Positions 18,756-27,406 of a stretch of 64,000 bases of DNA are shown piece by piece. Origin of the DNA: an uncultured Ignavibacteria bacterium (GTDB lineage Bacteria > Zixibacteria > MSB-5A5 > WJJR01); contig CAZQIZ010000005.1 in NCBI GenBank assembly GCA_964593585.1, positions 42,859-106,858 on the forward strand. Direction: 5' to 3'. How positions within the stretch are numbered: position 1 is the first letter of the stretch; each line of letters starts with the position of its first letter. The notes beneath the pieces are model-generated. The model did no database searches, was not told the DNA's origin, and saw only the letters and a list, made by a program, of their open reading frames with translations. Position numbers and translations under genes: made by a program.

Positions 18756-18761
18756 TATATT
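18756..18761 (+). promoter_or_regulatory. -10 element TATATT, 6 nt upstream of the mutS2 ATG (putative leaderless start)
   Basis: TATATT-gagccc-ATG. Confidence 0.45.
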
Positions 18762-18767
18762 GAGCCC

Positions 18768-21179
18768 ATGCCCGACACCCCGGTTGCCAATGCCCATACG
18801 CTTTCGGTCCTCGAGTTCGACCGCATCGTTGAATCCACCGCCGGCTTCTGTCTGACGCCGATGGGCGGCGAACGTATCCGTCACCGCCAACCCAGCGCCG
18901 ATCCCGACTGGGTCGACGCCCGTTTTGCCGAACTGCGCGAGATGATGACTCTGGCGGCGACCGGCGGATTCCCGTTGCACCGGCTGCCCGACATTCGGCC
19001 CCATCTCGAAAAGTCGGCCCTCGATGGCGCCTTTCTCGATCCGCCCGAGCTTCTGCAGATCGGCGAGTTCCTGCAGGGCGTCGATGCGCTTCTGGCCTTC
19101 GCCAGAACGTCGCGCGAGTCGGCGCCGCGACTGGAGGAATACCTCGAGTCGCTCTCGGCGATCTACCCGTTGCGCCAGGCGATCAGCCGTTCGATCACCC
19201 CGGAAGGGGAGGTCGCCGATTCCGCCTCGCCGGAGCTGGCCAAGATCCGTCGGGAAAAACGCGGCGCGCGCGACGCGGTGGTCGGACGTCTCGAACGCAT
19301 ACTCGCCCAACGCAAGACCGATCCGTCGCGCATGGATGACCTCGTCACCCTGCGCAACGACCGGTTTGTCATCCCGGTGCGCGAGGGCGATCCCGCCGCC
19401 AGCGAAGGCATTATCCAGGATCGCTCCTCCTCCGGCGCGACGCTCTATGTCGAACCCATGGCGGTGGTGGAGCTGAACAACCGGTTGCAACGGCTCGGCT
19501 TGGAAGAGGCGCGCGAAGTGCGCCGCATCCTCCTGGCTCTCACCGAGCAGGTCCGCGACAACCGCGATCCGCTTGCCGATGATGTCGACTCAATCGGCGC
19601 GCTCGACGCTGTCCACGCGCTCGCCCGGTTCGGTATGCATATCGACGGGATTGTGCCGCAGCGGATCGCCAGCGCGTCGATTACCCTGCGGCTGGCGCGT
19701 CATCCGCTTCTGGTGCTCAAGGCGGCGCGTCTGCCGAAGTCCGAGCGCGCGCCGGTGGTGCCGATGAGTCTTGCCATCGGCGATCAGCACACCGCGATCA
19801 TCGTCACCGGGCCGAACACGGGCGGCAAGACCGTCGCGCTGAAAACCGTCGGGCTTTTGACCCTCATGGCGCAGGCGGGCTGGCCGTTGCCGGTCGCCGA
19901 CGGCACCGCCATCGGGTTGTTTGATCATGTGATCGCCGACATCGGCGATGAGCAATCGATCGAATCGTCGCTTTCGACCTTTTCGTCGCACCTGATGCGC
20001 ATCAACGACGCGCTCGCGCGCGCCAACGACCGCACGCTCGTCCTGCTCGACGAGCTGGGCGCCGGCACCGACCCGAAGGAGGGCGCGGCGCTGGGCGAGG
20101 CGATCATCGGCGAATTGACCGAACGCGGCACCCGGTTGGTGGTCACCACCCACCACTCGGCGCTCAAGACGCTCTCCCAGCACGATCCCCGCATCGAGAA
20201 CGCGTCGCTGGTCTTCGATGTGAAGACGCTCTCGCCGACCTACCAATTCCGCGTCGGGCTGCCCGGCGCCTCCTATGCCATCGACATCGCCCGCTGGCTG
20301 GGGGTGTCGCAGACGGTCATTGACCGCGCCATGTCATTGGTCGATGCGCAGGAACGCGACCTCACCAGTTTGCTCAATGAACTTGATGAACGCCTCGAAA
20401 CTCTGCGCGCGCAGCAGGAGGATCTGGAGGAAAAGCAGCGCGCCGCCGCCTCGCTGGAGGAATTGTACAAGGCCCGTGTGGCCACGCTGGAGAAGTCGGC
20501 CAGCGAGCGCAAGCAGGAGGCGTTGGCCGAGGCCGAACGAATCGTCGAGGGCACCCGCCGCGAAATGGAAAACCTGGTGCGCGAAATCCGCGAAACCCAG
20601 GCGGAGAAGGACAAGGTGAAGCAATCGCACCACACCATCACCGCCCGCCTCGAGGACATCCGCGAACGCAAACGCGAACTGGCCCCGACACCCGCCGCGC
20701 CGGAGAAGCTCGAAGGCCCGCTGGCGGTCGGCGACAAAGTCTGGATCGAGGCCTTCCGCAAGGAAGGCGAGGTGATCGACCTCGACACCGGCCGCAGCAA
20801 GCTCAAAGTCCGCATCGGCGATTTCCTCTATGCGCTCGACCGCTCGGCGGTCACCCGGGTCAAGGGCGCCGCAGCGTCCGAATCCGCCAAACCGGTGACC
20901 CGGATCCGTGTGCAATCGACCACCGAGACCGGCCCCGAACTCTCGCTGCGCGGCGAAACCGCCGAGGACGCGCTGATCCTGCTTGATCGGTACCTCGACG
21001 ACGCGATCCTCGCCGGCTGGCAGGAGGTGCGCATCGTGCACGGCAAGGGAGAAGGCATCCTCCGCCGCGCCGTGACCGAGTTCCTCGCCAAGGACAAGCG
21101 CGTCGAATCGCGCCGCCTCGGCGAATGGAACGAAGGCGCCGATGGGGTGACGATCGCGAAACTGCGATCGAGTGCGTGA
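18768..21179 (+). CDS. mutS2: Endonuclease MutS2
   Basis: TGPNTGGKT, DIGDEQSIESSLSTFSSH, LLDELGAGTDP, Smr domain with IVHGKGEGIL. Confidence 0.96.
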   Translation: MPDTPVANAHTLSVLEFDRIVESTAGFCLTPMGGERIRHRQPSADPDWVDARFAELREMMTLAATGGFPLHRLPDIRPHLEKSALDGAFLDPPELLQIGEFLQGVDALLAFARTSRESAPRLEEYLESLSAIYPLRQAISRSITPEGEVADSASPELAKIRREKRGARDAVVGRLERILAQRKTDPSRMDDLVTLRNDRFVIPVREGDPAASEGIIQDRSSSGATLYVEPMAVVELNNRLQRLGLEEAREVRRILLALTEQVRDNRDPLADDVDSIGALDAVHALARFGMHIDGIVPQRIASASITLRLARHPLLVLKAARLPKSERAPVVPMSLAIGDQHTAIIVTGPNTGGKTVALKTVGLLTLMAQAGWPLPVADGTAIGLFDHVIADIGDEQSIESSLSTFSSHLMRINDALARANDRTLVLLDELGAGTDPKEGAALGEAIIGELTERGTRLVVTTHHSALKTLSQHDPRIENASLVFDVKTLSPTYQFRVGLPGASYAIDIARWLGVSQTVIDRAMSLVDAQERDLTSLLNELDERLETLRAQQEDLEEKQRAAASLEELYKARVATLEKSASERKQEALAEAERIVEGTRREMENLVREIRETQAEKDKVKQSHHTITARLEDIRERKRELAPTPAAPEKLEGPLAVGDKVWIEAFRKEGEVIDLDTGRSKLKVRIGDFLYALDRSAVTRVKGAAASESAKPVTRIRVQSTTETGPELSLRGETAEDALILLDRYLDDAILAGWQEVRIVHGKGEGILRRAVTEFLAKDKRVESRRLGEWNEGADGVTIAKLRSSA

Positions 21180-21188
21180 TTATGATCT

Positions 21189-21261
21189 GCAGGGTGCGTG
21201 CGCTCTTTGCACGCACCGCTTTTGGTCGGAAGGGTGCGTGCAAAGAGCGCACGCACCCTAC
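21189..21261. repeat. REPIN-like doublet: two inverted palindromic REP units
   Basis: GGGTGCGTGCGCTCTTTGCACGCACC (21192-21217) and its exact reverse complement (21233-21258). The right unit reads GTAG-GGTGCGTGC... on the minus strand. Confidence 0.85.
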
Positions 21262-21284
21262 AATCCGTATATTGACTTGCCAAT

Positions 21285-23075
21285 ATGCCCGACGATGCCA
21301 TCAAAGATCAGGTCAAGGAAGCCACCGACATTGTCGCGGTGATCGGCCAGTATGTCACGCTGCGCCGACGCGGCGCCAACCTGATCGGCCTCTGTCCGTT
21401 CCACACGGAGAAGACGCCGTCGTTTACGGTCCATGCCGACCGGCAGTTTTTCCACTGCTTCGGCTGCGGCAAGGGCGGCGATGTCTTCACGTTCCTGATG
21501 GAGCATGAGGGATGGTCGTTTCCCGAGGCGCTCAAGTACTGCGCCGAGAAGGCCGGCATCACACTGCCGGAGCGCCGCGAACGCGATGACCCGCAGTCGC
21601 GACTTCGCGACGAAATGTCAGCGGCGCTCGAACTGGCCGACAAGATATTCCGGCACACCCTTTTCACGCCGGTCGGCAAGCATGCGCTCGATTATCTGAA
21701 AAACCGTGGCTTCCAGGAACAGACGCTCAAGCGCGCCGGGATCGGTTATGCGCCCCCGGGCTACGAAACCGTGCTGAAGACCGCCGAAGCGCGCGGCATC
21801 ACCCGCAAGACGTTGGAAGCGGCCGGGCTGATCACGCATTCGGCCAAGGGCGGCAATCCCTACGACCGCTTCCGCAACCGCGTCACCTTTCCCATCGTCA
21901 ACCTCTCCGGCAAGACCGTCGGCTTCGGCGCCCGCGCCCTCTCCGATGAGGATCAACCCAAGTACCTGAACTCCCCCGAGACCGCGCTCTATCAGAAAGG
22001 CCGCCTGCTTTATGGGCTTGTGGTCGCCCGCGACGCGATCCGTCGCGAGAATCGCGCGATCCTGGTCGAAGGGTACATGGACTGGCTGACAATGGTCGAA
22101 GCTGGCATCGAAAACGTGGTGGCGGTCTCCGGCACGGCGCTGACCGACATGCAGGCCAAACTGCTGTCGCGCTTCTGCGAGCGGGTGACCATGATGTTCG
22201 ACGCCGATGCCGCCGGCCAGCGCGCCGCGCTGCGCGGTATCGACATCGCCTACAACGCCGCCCTCGGTGTCGACATCGCGGTGCTGCCCAAAGGCGAAGA
22301 CCCCGACAGTCTGATCCGCAAGCAGGGCGGCGAGGCCCTGCGCCGGGTGTTAAACGCGGCGGTTGGCATCGTTGAGTACCGGGTCGAAAACGAGCGCGCC
22401 AAGGCGCCCGGAGGCCGGTTGGATTTCCTCGCGCAGGAAAAACTGATCAAGGAGTTCGGCGAACTGGCGGCGAAACTGGCCGACCCAACCCGGCGCGAGG
22501 CCTTCCTCGCCGAAGTCGCCGCCACGGTCGGCGTGGAGATGTCGGTGGTGCGTCAGGCGCTGAAACTTGCGCCGGCCCCGCGTCCGCCAAAGGCGGAGGC
22601 GCCGCCGCGCGAACTGCTGAGCGGCCACGCCGGCTTCCTGCGCCTGTTGCTCGAATCGCCCGACTATGTCGCCCGTGCCCGTGTGGCGGTGCTCGCCGAT
22701 GATTTCGACCACCCGCTTTTGCGCGCGATGTATCAGGCGCTGCTCGACAAGACCGCCGATGGATCCTGGCCAACCACGCCGCAGGAGCTGGGCGCCACGT
22801 CGGAGGAAGTCGAGCATTGGTCGCGTCTGATGACCCACGGTGTCGATCCCGCCACGCGCGACCGCGCCTTTGAGGATGGCTTGCGGGATTTTGCGCAACG
22901 ACGGCGTCCGGCGCCGCAGTTGCGCCAGTTGATCGCGCAGGCGGAGCGCGCGGGCGAGACCGCCAAGGCGCGCGAACTGACCGAAAAACTCGCTGACGAA
23001 CTGCGTCTCGATAAGACGGAACCTGCTGAGGGAAAAGCGGGTAAAGGAGATCACGGCGGGGGAAAAATCCCTTGA
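21285..23075 (+). CDS. dnaG: DNA primase
   Basis: CPFH...CFGC Zn finger, DRFRNR, PKYLNSPET, LVEGYMD, TOPRIM FDADAAG, EDPD. Confidence 0.97.
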   Translation: MPDDAIKDQVKEATDIVAVIGQYVTLRRRGANLIGLCPFHTEKTPSFTVHADRQFFHCFGCGKGGDVFTFLMEHEGWSFPEALKYCAEKAGITLPERRERDDPQSRLRDEMSAALELADKIFRHTLFTPVGKHALDYLKNRGFQEQTLKRAGIGYAPPGYETVLKTAEARGITRKTLEAAGLITHSAKGGNPYDRFRNRVTFPIVNLSGKTVGFGARALSDEDQPKYLNSPETALYQKGRLLYGLVVARDAIRRENRAILVEGYMDWLTMVEAGIENVVAVSGTALTDMQAKLLSRFCERVTMMFDADAAGQRAALRGIDIAYNAALGVDIAVLPKGEDPDSLIRKQGGEALRRVLNAAVGIVEYRVENERAKAPGGRLDFLAQEKLIKEFGELAAKLADPTRREAFLAEVAATVGVEMSVVRQALKLAPAPRPPKAEAPPRELLSGHAGFLRLLLESPDYVARARVAVLADDFDHPLLRAMYQALLDKTADGSWPTTPQELGATSEEVEHWSRLMTHGVDPATRDRAFEDGLRDFAQRRRPAPQLRQLIAQAERAGETAKARELTEKLADELRLDKTEPAEGKAGKGDHGGGKIP

Positions 23076-23157
23076 CTGAAATGGCAAAAATCGGCCATAA
23101 TGAGGGTTACGACCGCGCAAGCGGCGGCGAGTTTGCAGCAGATTTCGGCTCTACGCA

Positions 23158-23233
23158 GGGCCCATAGCTCAGCGGTTAGAGCTGCTGACTCATAATCAGT
23201 AGGTCCCAGGTTCGAGTCCTGGTGGGCCCACCA
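23158..23233 (+). tRNA. tRNA with CAT anticodon, most likely tRNA-Ile2 (lysidine)
   Basis: Full cloverleaf; loop CTCATAA; acceptor GGGCCCA/TGGGCCC with C4-G69 and C5-G68 (TilS determinants in E. coli); encoded CCA. It is not an initiator tRNA. Confidence 0.9.
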
Positions 23234-23314
23234 CGGGGGAAAGGACAGGGCCAGGTCCCGCAAGGGGTCGCGCCGCAAGGCAGGTCGAACCGGGACTGGT
23301 CGAATGGATACGGC

Positions 23315-23391
23315 GGGCGATTAGCTCAGTTGGTTAGAGCGTTCGGTTCACATCCGAAAGGTCACTGGTTCAAGTCCAGTATTGCCCACCA
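23315..23391 (+). tRNA. tRNA-Val(CAC)
   Basis: Acceptor GGGCGAT/ATTGCCC; anticodon arm TTCGG-TTCACAT-CCGAA; T-loop TTCAAGT; encoded CCA. Confidence 0.93.
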
Positions 23392-23562
23392 CTGAAAGCT
23401 CTACGATGGCTGTGACCGATATACTGACAACGCGTTTTGCTCACGCTCTTGCGCCGCGGGCCGCCTACGGTCCGGGCCGCGTCTGCCGCGCGCACCATCC
23501 CGGTGCGCGCGTTTTCGTTTCCGTCCCCCTCCATGACACCGACTATGGCGACTAAAGCGACC

Positions 23563-24273
23563 ATGCACGAAGCCGTGGACCTGCTGCTCAAACTGCAGGG
23601 CCTCGACTACCAGCTCGGCGAACTCGAACGCTCCAAGGAATACCTCCCCGATATGATCGGCACCCTCGAAGGGGAGATCAAACAGGCCCTGCAGGAACTG
23701 GCCAACGCCAAAGACCAGCTCGAGGCCACCCGCCTGGAGAACAAACGGCTCGAACTGCGCGTCAAGGAAAAGACGGTCGAGCTCGAGCGGCTGCAAAAGC
23801 AGATGATGGTCATCAAGACCAACAAGGAATACGACGCCCTGGCCCGCGAGATCGATCACGTCAAAGCCGACATCACCGCCAGCGAGGAAGGCATCCTCTC
23901 CACCCTCGAGCGCATCGAGGCGCTCCAGAACGAGATCAAGGAGAAGGAAGAGCGCACGCAGCAGGTGCAGACCGCCAATGGCGCCCAACTTTCCTCGATC
24001 AAGGGCGAGATGGACTCGGTCGGCGATAAGATCCGCATCAAGGAAGACGAGCGCAAAAACATCATCGTGCGCCTCGATGACGCCATGGTGGCCATCTACG
24101 AGCGCGTGCGCCGCGGCAAGGGCGGCGGCGCCATCGTGCACATCCGCCACGGCGCCTGTTCGGGGTGCTTCAAGCGGATGCCGCCGCAATTGGTGCAGGA
24201 GATCCGCCGCGCCGAGCGCCTGATCACCTGCGACTCCTGCGGACGCATCCTGATCTGGTCCGACGACGAATAG
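23563..24273 (+). CDS. Coiled-coil protein with C-terminal C4 Zn ribbon (CT398/HP0958-like)
   Basis: LLKLQGLD start, long coiled coil, KTNKEYDAL, CSGC...CDSCGRIL. Alternative starts at 23533 and 23545. Confidence 0.9.
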   Translation: MHEAVDLLLKLQGLDYQLGELERSKEYLPDMIGTLEGEIKQALQELANAKDQLEATRLENKRLELRVKEKTVELERLQKQMMVIKTNKEYDALAREIDHVKADITASEEGILSTLERIEALQNEIKEKEERTQQVQTANGAQLSSIKGEMDSVGDKIRIKEDERKNIIVRLDDAMVAIYERVRRGKGGGAIVHIRHGACSGCFKRMPPQLVQEIRRAERLITCDSCGRILIWSDDE

Positions 24274-24336
24274 CGCAGCGGCGCCAACACGCCGCCCCGA
24301 TCGCCGTATCAGAGGCCAAATGAGACCGGGACACAC

Positions 24337-24375
24337 CAGACAGCGCGCGGGGGGGAACCTCCCACGCGCTGTCTG
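24337..24375. other. Strong hairpin upstream of guaB
   Basis: CAGACAGCGCG...CGCGCTGTCTG forms an 11-bp perfect stem plus an inner GGGGG/CTCCC stem. Confidence 0.55.
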
Positions 24376-24405
24376 CGTTGACGGACCAAACGCGAGGACC
24401 GACCG

Positions 24406-25935
24406 ATGAACGCAGTGAGCAGCGCCGCGAACCAGACCACCGCACGGCCCGTCATGACCCCGGACACCGTCGCCCCGCGCGACCGCATCCTAGCCGTGGC
24501 GCTCACCTTCGACGATGTCCTGCTGGTGCCCGCCAAGTCCGAGGTGATGCCGCGCGAGACCGATGTCTCCACCCGCATCGGCCCGATCCACCTGCCGATG
24601 CCGATCATCTCGGCCGCCATGGACACGGTGACCGAATCACGCCTGGCGATCGCGCTGGCCCGGTTGGGCGGTATCGGCACGATTCATCGCAACATGTCGA
24701 TCGACCGTCAGGCCGCCGAGGTCGAACGGGTCAAGCGGTCCGAAAGCGGAATGATCAACAACCCGATCACGCTCGCCCCCGACCGGCCGATCCGCGACGC
24801 CCTCGAGGTCATGCGCCGTTACGCGATCTCCGGCATTCCAATTACCGACAACGGCCGTCTGGTCGGCATCATCACCAACCGCGACCTGCGCTTCCAGCAG
24901 GACCCGTCGGTGGCCATCAGCGAGGTGATGACCAAGGCGCCGCTGATCACCGCGCCCGAGGGGACCGACCTGGCCGCGGCGCAGGAAATCCTGCACCAGA
25001 ATCGCATCGAAAAACTGCTGATCGTGGACAGCGCCGGCAATCTGCGCGGCATGATCACGGTCAAGGACATCATCAAGAAGGGACAATACCCTGACGCCTG
25101 CAAGGATGAGCGCGGCCGTCTGCGCGTGCTGGGCGCGGTCGGCGTGGGCGAGCAGGAGGGCCTGGCGCGGGCGCAGGCGCTGGTCGATGCCGGCGTCGAT
25201 GGCATCTGCATCGACACCTCGCACGGCCACACCCGTTCGGTCATGGACACCGCCGCGAAATTGCGCGCCCGGTATCCGCAGGTGCTCTTGATTGTCGGCA
25301 ATGTCGCCACCCGTGAAGGGGCGCATGACTTGATCGCCGCCGGCGCCGATGTGATCAAAGTCGGCATCGGGCCCGGCTCGATCTGCACCACCCGCATCGT
25401 GACCGGCGCGGGCCTGCCGCAGTTGACCGCCATCATGGACTGCTGCGAGGAAGCCGCCAAGACCAACACCGCCGTCGTCGCCGACGGTGGGATCAAATAC
25501 TCCGGCGACATCACCAAGGCGCTGGCCGCCGGCGCCTCGGCGGTCATGATCGGCTCGCTGTTTGCCGGCACCGAGGAAGCCCCGGGCGAAAAGGTCCTCC
25601 TCGAAGGTCGCTCCTTCAAGGTCTACCGCGGCATGGGCTCGATCGGCGCGATGACCCAGGGCGCGCGCGACCGCTACTACCAGGCCGAAGAGGAACTGTC
25701 AAAACTGGTGCCGGAGGGTATCGAAGGACGTGTCGCCTACAAGGGCGAACTGGCCGAGACCATCCACCAACTGATCGGCGGCGTGCGCGCCGGCATGGGC
25801 ATCTGCGGCGCGCCCGATTTGGAGACCCTGCGACGCACCGCGCGGTTTGTGCGGGTCACCGCCGCGGGGTTGCGCGAAAGCCACCCGCACGATGTGGCGA
25901 TCACCAAGGAAGCGCCGAACTATCCGCGGGCGTAA
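24406..25935 (+). CDS. guaB: IMP dehydrogenase with CBS pair
   Basis: [36 protein letters not shown] (catalytic Cys), YRGMGS, VPEGIEG. Confidence 0.98.
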   Translation: MNAVSSAANQTTARPVMTPDTVAPRDRILAVALTFDDVLLVPAKSEVMPRETDVSTRIGPIHLPMPIISAAMDTVTESRLAIALARLGGIGTIHRNMSIDRQAAEVERVKRSESGMINNPITLAPDRPIRDALEVMRRYAISGIPITDNGRLVGIITNRDLRFQQDPSVAISEVMTKAPLITAPEGTDLAAAQEILHQNRIEKLLIVDSAGNLRGMITVKDIIKKGQYPDACKDERGRLRVLGAVGVGEQEGLARAQALVDAGVDGICIDTSHGHTRSVMDTAAKLRARYPQVLLIVGNVATREGAHDLIAAGADVIKVGIGPGSICTTRIVTGAGLPQLTAIMDCCEEAAKTNTAVVADGGIKYSGDITKALAAGASAVMIGSLFAGTEEAPGEKVLLEGRSFKVYRGMGSIGAMTQGARDRYYQAEEELSKLVPEGIEGRVAYKGELAETIHQLIGGVRAGMGICGAPDLETLRRTARFVRVTAAGLRESHPHDVAITKEAPNYPRA

Positions 25936-25988
25936 ACTGTGCGCGTAAAGTGAATGCGAGCAGGCCGGCACGCCTTCACCAAAGCGAC

Positions 25989-26471
25989 TTAGAGCGGATC
26001 GGCGACATAGAGGTTGACGCCGAAGCCCGCGGACCCGTCGGTAGCCCCGTCGCCGTCCTCATCCACCAGCAATTTCACGGTGTAATGCCCAATGCCGATT
26101 TCGGCGTTGGTCTTGCCATCAAAGTGCAGCGACAGGAATTGCACCGTGATGTCCACGGAATTGTCGCCGGCGCTGCCCGGATAGGCAAACACCGGGTCGG
26201 TGCCCTGCACCGCGCCCTTGGACTTGGGGTTGTAACCGCGCAGGGAGACGCCGTCGAACTCCACCGTGCCCGTGGCGCTCCAGGTCACGGTGAACGTCAC
26301 CGGCGCGCCCTCGGTGTAGTTGGTGTCCGCGAATCCCGACGACCAGGTGACTTCGTTGGTGCCCAGCGTGTCGGTGGAGGTCTCCACCACCGCCGGCTGC
26401 GCATCCGCGCTGCTGGCGATCAGGGGCACAATCAGGATGGCCACTGCCACGATCCATAATGCCAGACGCAT
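25989..26471 (-). CDS. Secreted beta-rich protein of unknown function (160 aa)
   Basis: Strong SD AAGGAGG, signal peptide ending ADA-Q, Thr/Val/Gly-rich strands, acidic DEDGDGATD loop. Confidence 0.8.
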   Translation of the reverse strand: MRLALWIVAVAILIVPLIASSADAQPAVVETSTDTLGTNEVTWSSGFADTNYTEGAPVTFTVTWSATGTVEFDGVSLRGYNPKSKGAVQGTDPVFAYPGSAGDNSVDITVQFLSLHFDGKTNAEIGIGHYTVKLLVDEDGDGATDGSAGFGVNLYVADPL

Positions 26472-26967
26472 GCCGTTCCTCCTTCTTGCGTTGAGTGTCT
26501 CGCTGACTTGCTGCGACAGACGGTGGTACATGGTGCCGGCCTGACTCGCACTCTTCTCTTCGGCGCGCACCGGCGGCAAACTTGAGAGCGATCCACGATG
26601 CCGCGAAAAAAACCGCGCTCGACACCCGTCGCGTTGATCAGGAATTAAACTGAGCAACTTCCGCGATCCGTCCCGGCCGGATCAGCGGCAATCAGCCAGA
26701 GGAGTTAGCCGTGCGATATCGAGATTCCGGATTTGACGTGTTCGAAAAACTCCTGAACAACGGATCCGTGACGCGGGCGCCGCGACGCCGGGGCCGTCTG
26801 GCGGGCGATCCGGGCGGTGGAGCGCCAGACAGTTTCGACTTTTCCGCCGGCGATTCCGTACTATATTGTCAGAGAGTTGCCCGGGCGTGAGTCCACCGCC
26901 CTTTAGACGCGCAAGTTATTGTTGTTTGGTCATATAACCTCAAGCATAGAGTGAGAGAGGAGAACGA

Positions 26968-27374
26968 CGGATCGGTAGGTGAGGCGGCCGCGTCCGCAGC
27001 GCCCCTGGGCGCCGGCGGATGAGGAAAGTCCGGGCTCCACAGAGCAGGGTGCCAGCTAACGGCTGGGCGGAGCAATCCGACGGAAAGTGCGACAGAGAAT
27101 TACCGCCCCGTCCCGCGCAAGCAGGATGGAGCAAGGGTGAAAAGGTGGTGTAAGAGACCACCGGCGTCGCGGGCAACCGTGGCGGCCGTGTAAACCCCAC
27201 CCGGAGCAAGGCCAAGCAGGGAAGAGGAGTCGCTCGCTCCGATTGATTCCCGGGTCGGCTGCATGACCGTACTGGCGACAGGACGGCTCAGATCAATGGC
27301 CGCCATTCCCCGTCGGCGGCGGGCTTGCCCGCCGCAGCGGTGACACAGAACCCGGCTTACCGCCTGCCGATCCG
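26968..27374 (+). ncRNA. rnpB: RNase P RNA (bacterial type A)
   Basis: GAGGAAAGTCCGGGC (27021), GGTGTAAGAG, GTAAACCCC, GAGCAAG, ACAGAACCCGGCTTA; the ends CGGATCGGTAGG / CCTGCCGATCCG pair as P1. Confidence 0.96.
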
Positions 27375-27406
27375 CGCTTATTCTTCTCATTCGACACAGG
27401 TCACAC

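Noticed and set aside
14538-19490. Long minus-strand ORFs (675 aa and 746 aa)
   Set aside because: High-GC shadow frames opposite well-supported genes; no recognisable domains.
23158-23560. Integrative element at the tRNAs
   Set aside because: No integrase, no duplicated tRNA 3' end and no compositional shift downstream.
24274-24405. Purine riboswitch before guaB
   Set aside because: The conserved purine aptamer core (e.g. TTTCTACC) is absent.
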